This document shows positions 13,371-23,246 of a stretch of 64,000 bases of DNA, piece by piece (positions within the stretch are counted from its first letter, which is position 1; each line of letters starts with the position of its first letter). The notes under the pieces are model-generated. The model was not told the origin of the DNA. It made no database searches and saw only the letters and a list, made by a program, of their open reading frames with translations. Source of the stretch: an uncultured Alphaproteobacteria bacterium (GTDB lineage: Bacteria > Pseudomonadota > Alphaproteobacteria > HIMB59 > GCA-002718135); NCBI GenBank assembly GCA_902540265.1, contig CACBLW010000003.1:44618-108617 (forward strand). The letters run 5' to 3'. The translations under genes and the position numbers were made by a program.

Positions 13371-14075
13371 ATGAAAAATTTAATTGGTAAAAATTTAACA
13401 GCTGGATATGGAGGGGTTGATATAATTAAAGATATTAATCTAGAAGTTAACGAGGGTGAAATTGTTGTCATTGTTGGTCCAAATGGAGCAGGGAAATCAA
13501 CAGCAATGAAAGCATTGCTTGGCATGTTAAGATTATCTTCAGGTTCTGTTGAATATTCAAATGAAGAAATTTCTTCAATGCTACCTCAAAACAGAATTAA
13601 TTTAGGATTGGCATTCGTTCCTCAAACAAACAATGTGTTTACTGGTATGACAGTAGAAGAAAATTTAGAAATGGGAGGGTTTTTAAGAGAGGATGACATT
13701 ATTCATACCATTAATGATGTTTATGATCTTTTTCCTATTTTAAAAGAAAAAAGAAATCAAAGTGCAGGAGAATTATCTGGAGGTCAGAGACAACAAGTAG
13801 CTTTTGGGAGAGCACTTATGACTAAACCAAAAATTTTAATGTTAGATGAACCAACTGCAGGAGTATCACCAATAGTAATGGATGAGTTATTTTCAAGAAT
13901 CATAGAAGTTCGTAAAACTGGTGTTGGGATACTAATGGTTGAACAAAATGCAAAACAAGCACTTGGTATTGCTGATAGAGGATACGTATTAGTAAATGGG
14001 AAAAATAGTAGAGAGGGTACAGGAAAAGAATTATTAAATAATCCGGAAGTTAGAAAGTCTTTCTTAGGAGGTTAA
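13371..14075 (+). CDS. livF: LIV/HAAT-family ABC transporter ATP-binding protein (LivF-like)
   Basis: GPNGAGKST, LSGGQ, LDEPT, VEQN, FLGG end. Confidence 0.88.
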   Translation: MKNLIGKNLTAGYGGVDIIKDINLEVNEGEIVVIVGPNGAGKSTAMKALLGMLRLSSGSVEYSNEEISSMLPQNRINLGLAFVPQTNNVFTGMTVEENLEMGGFLREDDIIHTINDVYDLFPILKEKRNQSAGELSGGQRQQVAFGRALMTKPKILMLDEPTAGVSPIVMDELFSRIIEVRKTGVGILMVEQNAKQALGIADRGYVLVNGKNSREGTGKELLNNPEVRKSFLGG

Positions 14076-15089
14076 ATGATTGATTTTCTTAATTCTTTAA
14101 TTGTACTTCTGAATTTTATTATCATTCCAGGTATTTCTTATGGATCTCAACTTGCACTTGGAGCACTTGGAGTTACATTCGTTTATGCCATACTTCGTTT
14201 TGCTAATTTTGCACACGGTGAAATCATGTCATTTGGAGCGATGATAACAATTTTATTTACCTGGTTTTTTCAATCACAAAATATTGGTTTAGGAATTCTA
14301 CCAACTGCCTTGTTAGCTTTACCTGTAGGAATAATAGCAACAATTATTTTATGCATTATTTCTGATAAATTTGTTTTTCAATATTATAGATATCAAAAAA
14401 GTGTTCCTGTTGTTTTAGCAATGGTTTCAATAGGGGTTATGTTCGTAATAAATGCAATAATAAGAATCATAATTGGAACAGAAACTATAAAATTTTCTGA
14501 TGGGCAGAAATTTATAATGAAAGCGAAACAGTTTAAAGTAATGACAGGTTTAAATGAGGGATTAGCATTAAAATCATCTCAAGTTATTACAATATTAATT
14601 ACAATTTTGCTTTTAACTTTTACTTTCTGGTTTTTGCAAAAAACAAAAACTGGAAAATCAATGAGAGCATTTTCTGATAATGAAGATTTAGCATTATTGT
14701 CTGGCATTAATCCTGATAGAGTAGTTTTTACTACATGGATTATCGTGGGTGTTTTAGCATGCGTTGCGGGTACACTTTACGGTTTAGATAAAAGTTATAA
14801 GCCAATTATTTATCTTAATTTAGTATTACCAATATTTGCATCAGCAATTGTTGGAGGGATTGGAAGTCCTTTTGGTGCTGTAGTAGGCGGTTATGTCATT
14901 GCGTTTTCAGAGATTATGGTCACCTATGCTTATAAGAAATTTTTTGTCTATCTACTTCCAAGTTCGATAGAGCCAACTGGTCTAGTACAATTACTTTCAA
15001 CAGATTATAAATTTGCTGTATCATTTTCAATTTTAGTCATCGTTTTATTGATTAGACCATCAGGTATATTTAAGGGAAGAGTCTTATGA
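14076..15089 (+). CDS. livH: LIV/HAAT-family ABC permease (LivH-like)
   Basis: NFAHGE, GKSMRAFSDNEDLALLSGIN, GGIGSPFGA, RPSGIF. Confidence 0.88.
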   Translation: MIDFLNSLIVLLNFIIIPGISYGSQLALGALGVTFVYAILRFANFAHGEIMSFGAMITILFTWFFQSQNIGLGILPTALLALPVGIIATIILCIISDKFVFQYYRYQKSVPVVLAMVSIGVMFVINAIIRIIIGTETIKFSDGQKFIMKAKQFKVMTGLNEGLALKSSQVITILITILLLTFTFWFLQKTKTGKSMRAFSDNEDLALLSGINPDRVVFTTWIIVGVLACVAGTLYGLDKSYKPIIYLNLVLPIFASAIVGGIGSPFGAVVGGYVIAFSEIMVTYAYKKFFVYLLPSSIEPTGLVQLLSTDYKFAVSFSILVIVLLIRPSGIFKGRVL

Positions 15090-16459
15090 TGAAGTTTGAG
15101 AGATATGAATGGTTAGCTATTGCAATCATGATTTCCTTATTTATTTTTGTAGGTTTCATTCAAGGGTGGTCAGTAAGTTTAGTAATTTTAAACATGTGTA
15201 TTATTTCAGCAATAATGACGATGGGAGTTAATATTTCATGGGGTTATGCAGGAGTAATTAATTTTGGGGTAATGGGTTTTCTTGCCATGGGTGGATTAGC
15301 AGCAGTGCTTGTTTCTTACCCTCCCATTACAGAGTCATGGCAGGCCGGAGGTAGGGGGCTAGGTATTAGTTTTGCTTTGCTTGTCGTATTAGTAATAGCT
15401 GTAATGTATATTAATAAAACGGTAATCCAAAAAAGAAATAGGTATATTTTAAATTCTCTTATAATTTTTTTTGGTATTTTAATTATCAGACATTTTTATT
15501 TAAATGCTACACATAATATTGAAGATGTTAATCCCGCAATAGCAGGGTTTTTAGGTGGACTTGGATTACCAATAATTTTCTCTTGGATAGTAGGAGGTTT
15601 ATTTGCTGCAGGTGTTGCATTTGTAATTGGTAAGGTAGCTCTTGGATTACGATCTGATTATCTTGCTATTGTTACTCTTGGTATTTCAGAAATAGTTGTT
15701 AGTGTTTTAAAACATGAAGAATGGTTGTCCAGAGGAGTAAAAAATGTCATCGGTTTAAAGAGACCAGTTCCTTATGAAATTGATTTACAAAATGCTGATT
15801 GGTTTATTAATTTAATTACATATCTCAATTCATCAAAGTTAAATAACATTATTGATGTAAGTGACAGACAACAATTATTAAATAATCTTATTATTGATGG
15901 TTCAGGAATATTTGTAAAATTATCTTACGCTATTTTATTTCTGATTGTTATGTTGATAATTTTTTATTTTGCTAATAAAGCTCAATTATCTCCATGGGGA
16001 AGAATGATGAGAGCTATAAGAGACAATGAAACAGCTGCAAATGCAATGGGAAAAGATGTTGTGAAGCAACATTTAATTATTTTTGTAATAGGAGCTGCAA
16101 TTGTAGGTGTTGCGGGAGCAATGCTTGTAACTTTGGATGGATTATTCACTCCTTCAGGATATCGACCACTTCGGTTCACTTTTATTATTTGGATTATGGT
16201 AATTGTAGGCGGTAGTGGAAATAATTTAGGTGCTATATTTGGCGGTTTTGTCATATGGTTTTCTTGGATTGAAGCAGCACCACTTACAACATTTATTATT
16301 AATCAACTTACAGTAGGTTTAGAGCCAACTAATGCTTTAAAAATACATTTACTAGATAGCGTTCCTTACTTTAGATATTTATTTATGGGTTTAATTTTAT
16401 TACTAATTTTACGCTATAGGCCTAAAGGAATAATACCTGAAAAAGTTAGACACTCTTAA
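15086..16459 (+). CDS. livM: LIV/HAAT-family ABC permease (LivM-like)
   Basis: LRSDYLAIVTLG, SPWGRMMRAIRDNE, VGGSGNN, RPKGIIPE. Confidence 0.88.
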   Translation: MMKFERYEWLAIAIMISLFIFVGFIQGWSVSLVILNMCIISAIMTMGVNISWGYAGVINFGVMGFLAMGGLAAVLVSYPPITESWQAGGRGLGISFALLVVLVIAVMYINKTVIQKRNRYILNSLIIFFGILIIRHFYLNATHNIEDVNPAIAGFLGGLGLPIIFSWIVGGLFAAGVAFVIGKVALGLRSDYLAIVTLGISEIVVSVLKHEEWLSRGVKNVIGLKRPVPYEIDLQNADWFINLITYLNSSKLNNIIDVSDRQQLLNNLIIDGSGIFVKLSYAILFLIVMLIIFYFANKAQLSPWGRMMRAIRDNETAANAMGKDVVKQHLIIFVIGAAIVGVAGAMLVTLDGLFTPSGYRPLRFTFIIWIMVIVGGSGNNLGAIFGGFVIWFSWIEAAPLTTFIINQLTVGLEPTNALKIHLLDSVPYFRYLFMGLILLLILRYRPKGIIPEKVRHS

Positions 16460-16460
16460 T

Positions 16461-17060
16461 TTAAGGTAGTAAAATTTCTTCACCTTTTTTTAAATTTAAA
16501 ACGGTTATACCTTCCACTTCTTTTATCAATTGTTTAAAGCTAATTCCTCTAGGTTTTAGGTACTTTGCTCTCAGTGGGCTCATTAGAGCATTATATTTAT
16601 TATTAATATTTTCATCTTTAAAATCTTTCAAAAATAATACATCATCACTTATCATTGATATATCTTTGTAAGGATAGTCATTCATAAAAATAGCAGCAAC
16701 AGGTTTAATACTAAGATCTAAATCTGTTTTGCATAATTTAGGGATAAGCATGAACACTATATCTTTATAATTAATATGATCTATCCCAATAATACTATAG
16801 CATTCCTTGCAGTATATTCTTGTTGAGCTTGAATTATTACGTAATTGATATGCATGCATATATTTAATTCCCTCAACATCTTTTATATCAGATCGCACAT
16901 AAATTAATTTTTGTAATCTATCAGGTAAAGGACCTCCCTTAGAATACCCCCATTGTCCAGCTTGACGACAATCCTCACAACCGCAAAATAAAGAGTAGTA
17001 AATTTTATTTTTATTTAAAAATATTTTACATTTCTCACAATTGCATTTTATTACAGACAT
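16461..17060 (-). CDS. GFA/CENP-V (Mss4-like) Zn-binding protein of unknown function
   Basis: Cys pattern CNC...CGCEDC...RIYCKEC matches GFA/CENP-V-like zinc sites. Confidence 0.65.
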   Translation of the reverse strand: MSVIKCNCEKCKIFLNKNKIYYSLFCGCEDCRQAGQWGYSKGGPLPDRLQKLIYVRSDIKDVEGIKYMHAYQLRNNSSSTRIYCKECYSIIGIDHINYKDIVFMLIPKLCKTDLDLSIKPVAAIFMNDYPYKDISMISDDVLFLKDFKDENINNKYNALMSPLRAKYLKPRGISFKQLIKEVEGITVLNLKKGEEILLP

Positions 17061-17094
17061 AACTAATTCACTTTAACATTATTAATTTTTTATC

Positions 17095-17126
17095 AAATAA
17101 AAAAACCCCGGTAAAAAACCGGGGTT
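17095..17126 (-). terminator. Rho-independent terminator of the substrate-binding-protein gene
   Basis: 9-bp stem AACCCCGGT/ACCGGGGTT (17104-17126), 5-nt loop, followed by a U-tract on the minus strand, 23 nt after the stop. Confidence 0.85.
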
Positions 17127-17149
17127 ATGTAAAATATATTTAGCTAATT

Positions 17150-18331
17150 TTAAAGAGCACCAACAGTAACGAATTCGCCACCACTAACTTCTAACTCTTT
17201 AAACGCACCAGCTGCATCACCAAACGCATTAAATTCTACGTCTGTTGCACCTTGGTAATCAATATCTTTACCAGCAGCTAACATTTGTAAGCCGTATGAT
17301 AATTGACCAGGGTTAATTACAATACCTGGAGCGTTAGATACTTTAGCAATATTGTTTAAGATTGATTGCTTATCAGCAGATCCACCAGCTTGAATTGCAA
17401 GAGCAATAATTGCTGCAGCATCATAAGACTCTCCAACATATGGAGCACTTCCATCCATGCCATTTGCAGCTGCTAGTTCGCCAAACTTAGCTGAACCTTT
17501 TGAAATTGCACCTGGCATAGAACCAAATGATCCTTCAAGATCAGCACCAATATTATCTACAATTGATTGACCAATCATACCATCAGAAAGAACAAAAGTG
17601 TCAAACGCACCTGAATCTAGAGATGCTTCGATCATTCCTTTTCCACCATCATCGATATAACCAATTACTAGTAGTGCGTCTCCACCAGCTGATGCAAGAA
17701 CACCAACTTCTGATGAATAATCTGCTTTACCATCTTCGTGTGCAGCTGATGCTGTAATAGTTCCACCACCACGAGCAAATGAAGCTTCAAATACTTCAGC
17801 TAAACCTTTTCCGTAGTCATTGTTAGTATACGTTACAGCTATACTTTCAATTCCTCTGCTTAAAGCAAGTTTAGCTAATACTTGACCACCTTTTGCATCA
17901 GATGGAGCAGTACGCCAAAAAGTTCCATTATCAGGAACTTTACTTAAACCTGGTGAAGTTGCAGATGGAGATACCATTAAGATACCATTTGGTACAGCAA
18001 CGTTTGCATTAATCGCACCTGTTACACCTGAGCAGTCAGCACCCATAATAGCAGTTACACCTTGTGCAACTAGATCCTCAGCAGCAGCAGTTGCAGCAGC
18101 AGAGTCTACACAAGTCGAGTCAGCTTCTAAGATAGTAATTGATTCACCACCTAAAAGATTTCCAGAGTTTGATGCCTCATCAAATGCCATTCTAGCACCA
18201 TCTCTCATAGCAGGAGTTAAAGATTCAATTGGTCCTGTAAAACCAAGAATAATTCCTACTTTAATTTCTGCTAATGCAGCAGTCGTTACAGTCGACAAAC
18301 TTACAATAACAGCTAGAAGTAATTTTTTCAT
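17150..18331 (-). CDS. LIV/HAAT-family ABC transporter periplasmic substrate-binding protein
   Basis: Signal peptide; KVGIILGFTGP, SPSATSP, RTAPSD, NNDYGKGL, YDAA; GGAGG Shine-Dalgarno. Confidence 0.9.
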   Translation of the reverse strand: MKKLLLAVIVSLSTVTTAALAEIKVGIILGFTGPIESLTPAMRDGARMAFDEASNSGNLLGGESITILEADSTCVDSAAATAAAEDLVAQGVTAIMGADCSGVTGAINANVAVPNGILMVSPSATSPGLSKVPDNGTFWRTAPSDAKGGQVLAKLALSRGIESIAVTYTNNDYGKGLAEVFEASFARGGGTITASAAHEDGKADYSSEVGVLASAGGDALLVIGYIDDGGKGMIEASLDSGAFDTFVLSDGMIGQSIVDNIGADLEGSFGSMPGAISKGSAKFGELAAANGMDGSAPYVGESYDAAAIIALAIQAGGSADKQSILNNIAKVSNAPGIVINPGQLSYGLQMLAAGKDIDYQGATDVEFNAFGDAAGAFKELEVSGGEFVTVGAL

Positions 18332-18481
18332 ATTTCCTCCAAAAAAGTATACTTTTTATATAGGCTACCTCATATACTAGTTCCAAAAATCAATCATGCA
18401 GTTTTTTCATAAAAATACCCAAGATTTTAGCCAAAAACCATAAATTGACTTCATTTGACTCACCGGATAAAGATCAAACGT

Positions 18482-19462
18482 ATGACAATTGGAATTTTAG
18501 GCGGAGGAATTTGGGGGAGTGCACTTGCCCGAGTATTAAGTAATAATAAAGTTATCATTTATGCTCGAGATGAAAAAATTGTTAAATCAATAAATGAACA
18601 TAAAATTAATCCAAAATTAAAATACAGCTCATTTAATGAAAATGTAACTGCTACTACTTCTTTGAAAGAAATTAGAAATGTTAAATTTTTATTTATAACA
18701 TTACCTGCACAAAACATCAGGGAGGTGATTAAGGATTCATCATTACATAATAAAAAACATCATATTATTATATGTTCTAAAGGGATTGAAATATCGTCAT
18801 CAAAATTTTTAACAGATGTATTTCAAGAAATGATGCCGTTTAAATCAATTAGTATTTTATCAGGCCCATCTTTTTCAAATGAAGTATCTCAAAGTTTACC
18901 AACTGCAGTGACACTTGCAACAAAAGATAAAAAAGATTTTGAGAATATTTCTAAACTTATACCTAACAAAGAATTTAGAATTTATTATTCAAATGATTTA
19001 ATCGGAACGCAAATAGGTGGAGCGTTAAAGAATATATATGCGATAGCAGCCGGTGTTGCAGAAGGATTGAATTTAGGCGAAAATGCTAAAAGCGCACTCA
19101 TTTCAAGATCTTTTGCAGAAATGACAAGATACGCAAAAAAATTTAAAGCTGATAAAAATACACTATTTGGTTTATCCGGGCTTGGTGATCTAATTTTAAC
19201 ATGTAGCTCTAAAAATTCTCGTAATACACAGTTTGGTATTAAATTAGCTTCTTCAAAATATGATAATTTTTTAGATCTTTTAAAATCGCAAGAAGTAACA
19301 GAGGGTTATTATACAGTTAAAGCAGTCTATAATATTTCACAGAAAAAAAATATTGATATGCCAATTATGGAGTCTGTATACAATATACTTTATAAGCAAC
19401 ATGATTTAAAAGAAGAACTAAGTAATTTACTAAGTAGACCAATAACAGAAGAAAAAATTTAA
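18482..19462 (+). CDS. gpsA: NAD(P)H-dependent glycerol-3-phosphate dehydrogenase
   Basis: GGGIWGSALA, SKGIE, LSGPSF, GGALKN, GLGDLILTC, SRN; ATG 18482 preferred over TTG 18455. Confidence 0.95.
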   Translation: MTIGILGGGIWGSALARVLSNNKVIIYARDEKIVKSINEHKINPKLKYSSFNENVTATTSLKEIRNVKFLFITLPAQNIREVIKDSSLHNKKHHIIICSKGIEISSSKFLTDVFQEMMPFKSISILSGPSFSNEVSQSLPTAVTLATKDKKDFENISKLIPNKEFRIYYSNDLIGTQIGGALKNIYAIAAGVAEGLNLGENAKSALISRSFAEMTRYAKKFKADKNTLFGLSGLGDLILTCSSKNSRNTQFGIKLASSKYDNFLDLLKSQEVTEGYYTVKAVYNISQKKNIDMPIMESVYNILYKQHDLKEELSNLLSRPITEEKI

Positions 19463-19466
19463 TTCG

Positions 19467-20411
19467 ATGACAAAAAAAACATTTCATAACTTAGATTCAA
19501 GCTGGGTGAACAATACGCAAATTAATTTGAGTGCTGTAGAGCGTCGAACATCTACCTTAACTAAAAGAAGAACTGTAAAAAAGGAATTTCAAGTTGCTTG
19601 GTTGTTAAAAGCTATTACTTTGATTGATCTCACTACACTAAGTGGCGACGACACTTTTGGAAAAGTTGAAAGACTTTGCAATAAAGCTCTTAATCCGATT
19701 GATGATTATATTCTTCAGGATTTAGGAATAGAAAATAATGCAGTAAGAGTAGGAGCTGTATGTGTTTATCATCATCTAATAAAAGATTGTACAAAACTAA
19801 TTCAAAACAAACTCCCAATTGCGGCAGTTTCTACAGGTTTTCCTGCAGGTCTATCATCTTATACGACTAGAAAAAAAGAAATTTCTGACTCTATTAAAGA
19901 TGGTGCTGATGAAATCGATATTGTTATCAATAGAGGATACGTTCTTCAAAATAATTGGAAAAAATTATATGATGAGGTTCGCAGTTTTAAAGAAACTGCA
20001 GGTAAAACAAAAATTAAAGCTATTCTTGGTGTTGGTGATCTTGAGACTCTTCGAAATGTAGCAAAGGCATCTTTAGTTTGTATGATGGCTGGTGCCGATT
20101 TTATTAAAACATCAACAGGAAAAGAAAGTATAAATGCTAACTTAAATAATAGTCTTGTCATGTTGAGAATGATTAGAGATTTTTATACAAAAACTGGAAA
20201 AAAGATTGGTTTTAAACCTGCAGGTGGAATATCAACAGCAAAATCTGTTTTAGAATTTTTAATATTGGTTGCTGAAGAACTAGGATTTGAATGGGTTAAT
20301 CCTAAATTATTGCGAATTGGTGCCTCTAGTTTATTAATTGATATAGAAAGACAACTCTATCACTACACTAGTGGCAGGTATGCAAATAAAGAGAAACTTG
20401 CAATAGGATAA
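19467..20411 (+). CDS. deoC: Deoxyribose-phosphate aldolase (long form)
   Basis: IDLTTL, FPAG, GADEID, FIKTSTGK (Schiff-base Lys), GFKPAGG, RIGASSLL. Confidence 0.95.
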   Translation: MTKKTFHNLDSSWVNNTQINLSAVERRTSTLTKRRTVKKEFQVAWLLKAITLIDLTTLSGDDTFGKVERLCNKALNPIDDYILQDLGIENNAVRVGAVCVYHHLIKDCTKLIQNKLPIAAVSTGFPAGLSSYTTRKKEISDSIKDGADEIDIVINRGYVLQNNWKKLYDEVRSFKETAGKTKIKAILGVGDLETLRNVAKASLVCMMAGADFIKTSTGKESINANLNNSLVMLRMIRDFYTKTGKKIGFKPAGGISTAKSVLEFLILVAEELGFEWVNPKLLRIGASSLLIDIERQLYHYTSGRYANKEKLAIG

Positions 20412-20412
20412 T

Positions 20413-22773
20413 ATGGATAAAGTTATTAAAAATTTTCAAAATATATCTTATGGGCCAGCACCAGAAGACAGCAAAGAAGTTAATAGTTGGATAAAAAATT
20501 TAAAAAATCCAAATAATCATTTTATTAATGGTAAATTTGTAAAATCGTCTAGCTCAAAAAAATTAAATATAATTAACCCTTCTACAAATAAAAAAATAGC
20601 AACATTGTCTGTTGCTTCAAAAAAAGATATAAATGCTGCTGTTAGTGCTGCCAAAAAAGCTCATGTCAAATGGTCGAAACTTTCATCGTTTGATCGATCA
20701 AAATATTTATATGCCCTTGCACGTCTCATACAAAAAAATTCAAGGTTTATTTCTGTTTTAGAGACCATTGATAATGGTAAGCCTATAAGAGAAACAAGAG
20801 ATATAGATATTCCACTTGTTGCTAGACATTTTTATTATCATGCTGGATGGGCTGCAAGGAATACAAATAATTCTGATAACTCTATTGGTGTTGTTGGGCA
20901 AATTATACCCTGGAACTTTCCATTATTAATGTTAGCATGGAAAATTGCTCCTGCTATTGCTCTTGGAAATACAGTAGTGTTAAAGCCTGCAGAATATACT
21001 TCTTTAACAGCGCTTTATTTTGCTGAACTTTGTCAAAAAGCTAAAATTCCTCAAGGTGTGATTAATATTATTACGGGAGATGGCTCTACTGGTGAACATA
21101 TAACATCACATAAAGATGTTAAAAAAATTGCTTTTACTGGGTCAACTGAAGTTGGCAAAAAAATAATTCAAACAAATACTAATCCAGATAAAAAAATGAC
21201 AATGGAACTTGGAGGTAAATCTCCTTTTATTGTTTTTGAAGATGCTGATTTAGATAGTGCTGTAGAAGGTGTTGTTGATGCGATTTGGTTTAATCAAGGC
21301 CAAGTATGTTGTGCTGGCTCAAGGCTCTTAGTACAAGAAAGTATTGAGAAAAAATTTATCCAAAAACTTAAGAAAAGAATGGAAAAACTTCGTGTTGGTG
21401 ATCCATTAGATAAATCTATTGATATTGGAGCTATTGTTGCACCTGTTCAACTTAAAAAAATTAATTCTTTAGTAAATAAAGCGCAAAAAGATGGAAACAA
21501 ATTATGGCAACCTTCATGGTCATGTCCAACAAATGGTCTATTTTATCCTCCATCTTTATTTACAAACGTTACGCCATCGTCTTTTATTGCTCAAGTTGAA
21601 ATATTTGGACCAGTTTTAACAACGATGACATTTAGAACACCTAGTGAAGCTGTAACCATTGCCAATAATACTCCATACGGACTTGCGGCAAGTATTTGGA
21701 CTGAAAATATTAACTTAGCTTTAGATATTGCTCCAAAAGTAAAAGCTGGAGTGATCTGGATAAATTCTACAAACTTATTTGATGCTGCGTGTGGTTTTGG
21801 CGGTTACAAAGAAAGTGGTTTTGGAAGAGAAGGTGGTTCGGAGGGTATTAGAGCATATTCAAAATTATCACTTCCTCTTTCTAAGTCAAAAAGAGGAAAA
21901 AAATCATCTAAAGGTCAATCATCTAATGCTATCGATAGAACACCAAAATTATATATCGGAGGGAAGCAAAAAAGACCTGATAGTGGTTACTCCTTTTCTT
22001 CTTATGATGCTCAAAATAATTTTATTTGTGATGTTCCAAATGCAAATCGTAAAGATGTAAGAGATACCGTTGAGGTTGCATCTAAAGCAGTTGGCAAATC
22101 TTCCACTAATTTTAATAGAGCTCAAATTCTTTATTACTTAGCTGAAAATTTACAAGATCGAAAAAATACCTTTTCTAGTTTGGTGTCTTCTTTAATTGGT
22201 ATTTCACAAAAAGATGCCGAAAAAGAATTTGATCAATCAATTGAAAGATTATTTTATTACGGTGCTATGGCTGATAAATTTGAAGGCTCTATACATAATC
22301 CTCCTATAAGAGGTTTAACACTAGCTGTTAAAGAACCGATAGGCGTGATTGCAAATATTTTAAATGATGATTATCCACTATTAAGTTTAATAACTACATT
22401 AGGATCAAATTTTGCAGCAGGAAATGCTAGTATTATTGTTCCAGGACAAAAGACGTCTCTTTTAGCAACAGAATTGTATCAATTACTTGAAACTTCTGAT
22501 GTTCCAGCAGGCTATATTAACATTCTCACAACTAAACAAAATAGTTTGAATAAAATCTTAGCAGAACATGAAAATATCGATGGTATTTGGTATTTTAGTG
22601 AAAATAAGAATGAGCGTTTAAAAGTTATTCAAAGTACAACATCAAATTTGAAAAGAAGTTGGTGTCCACAATCAAAAAATCTTGATTGGTCTTCGAAAGA
22701 AGAACATTTCTTAGAAGAGTTTTTATATCAAAGTACGCAAGTAAAAAATATTTGGATCCCATACGGAGAGTGA
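20413..22773 (+). CDS. Extended aldehyde dehydrogenase (ALDH16-like, extra C-terminal Rossmann domain)
   Basis: PWNFP, FTGSTEVG, ELGGKSP, GQVCCAGSR, EIFGPV, then a second ALDH-like domain (LYIGG...EPIGV...WIPYGE); 786 aa. Confidence 0.9.
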   Translation: MDKVIKNFQNISYGPAPEDSKEVNSWIKNLKNPNNHFINGKFVKSSSSKKLNIINPSTNKKIATLSVASKKDINAAVSAAKKAHVKWSKLSSFDRSKYLYALARLIQKNSRFISVLETIDNGKPIRETRDIDIPLVARHFYYHAGWAARNTNNSDNSIGVVGQIIPWNFPLLMLAWKIAPAIALGNTVVLKPAEYTSLTALYFAELCQKAKIPQGVINIITGDGSTGEHITSHKDVKKIAFTGSTEVGKKIIQTNTNPDKKMTMELGGKSPFIVFEDADLDSAVEGVVDAIWFNQGQVCCAGSRLLVQESIEKKFIQKLKKRMEKLRVGDPLDKSIDIGAIVAPVQLKKINSLVNKAQKDGNKLWQPSWSCPTNGLFYPPSLFTNVTPSSFIAQVEIFGPVLTTMTFRTPSEAVTIANNTPYGLAASIWTENINLALDIAPKVKAGVIWINSTNLFDAACGFGGYKESGFGREGGSEGIRAYSKLSLPLSKSKRGKKSSKGQSSNAIDRTPKLYIGGKQKRPDSGYSFSSYDAQNNFICDVPNANRKDVRDTVEVASKAVGKSSTNFNRAQILYYLAENLQDRKNTFSSLVSSLIGISQKDAEKEFDQSIERLFYYGAMADKFEGSIHNPPIRGLTLAVKEPIGVIANILNDDYPLLSLITTLGSNFAAGNASIIVPGQKTSLLATELYQLLETSDVPAGYINILTTKQNSLNKILAEHENIDGIWYFSENKNERLKVIQSTTSNLKRSWCPQSKNLDWSSKEEHFLEEFLYQSTQVKNIWIPYGE

Positions 22774-22785
22774 TATACTAAAAAT

Positions 22786-23244
22786 ATGTTAATTAATGTC
22801 GATCCTATTTTAAGTCCTGATATATTAAAAACATTACGCGAAATGGGTCATGGTGATAGACTTGTTATATCCGATATTAACTATCCTGCTCATTCGAACC
22901 ACAATAGAGTTCACCGATTAGACGGCCTTGATATGACAACTGTTATGAGAGCTGTTTTATCTGTTTTTCCATTAGATAGTTTCGTAGACTCAGCTGTTCA
23001 CCGAATGGAAGTTGATAATCAACCAGATGAAATTAATGATGCGAATAAAGAAGTAATTGATGCAATTAAAGAGGTATCAGGAGATCATTGGAAAATTGGT
23101 TCATACGAAAGACAAGAATTTTATAAGCAATCAAGATCAACCTATGCATATATTACGACAAGTGAAAGACGACCTTACTGTAATTTTATTTTAACAAAAG
23201 GTGTTATTAAACCAGATGGTACTGTTTGGATAATCGATAAATAA
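22786..23244 (+). CDS. RbsD/FucU family sugar mutarotase/pyranase
   Basis: MGHGD.L.I.D.NYP, PLDSFV, RQEFY, TSERRPYCNFILTKGV. Confidence 0.9.
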   Translation: MLINVDPILSPDILKTLREMGHGDRLVISDINYPAHSNHNRVHRLDGLDMTTVMRAVLSVFPLDSFVDSAVHRMEVDNQPDEINDANKEVIDAIKEVSGDHWKIGSYERQEFYKQSRSTYAYITTSERRPYCNFILTKGVIKPDGTVWIIDK

Positions 23245-23246
23245 TT

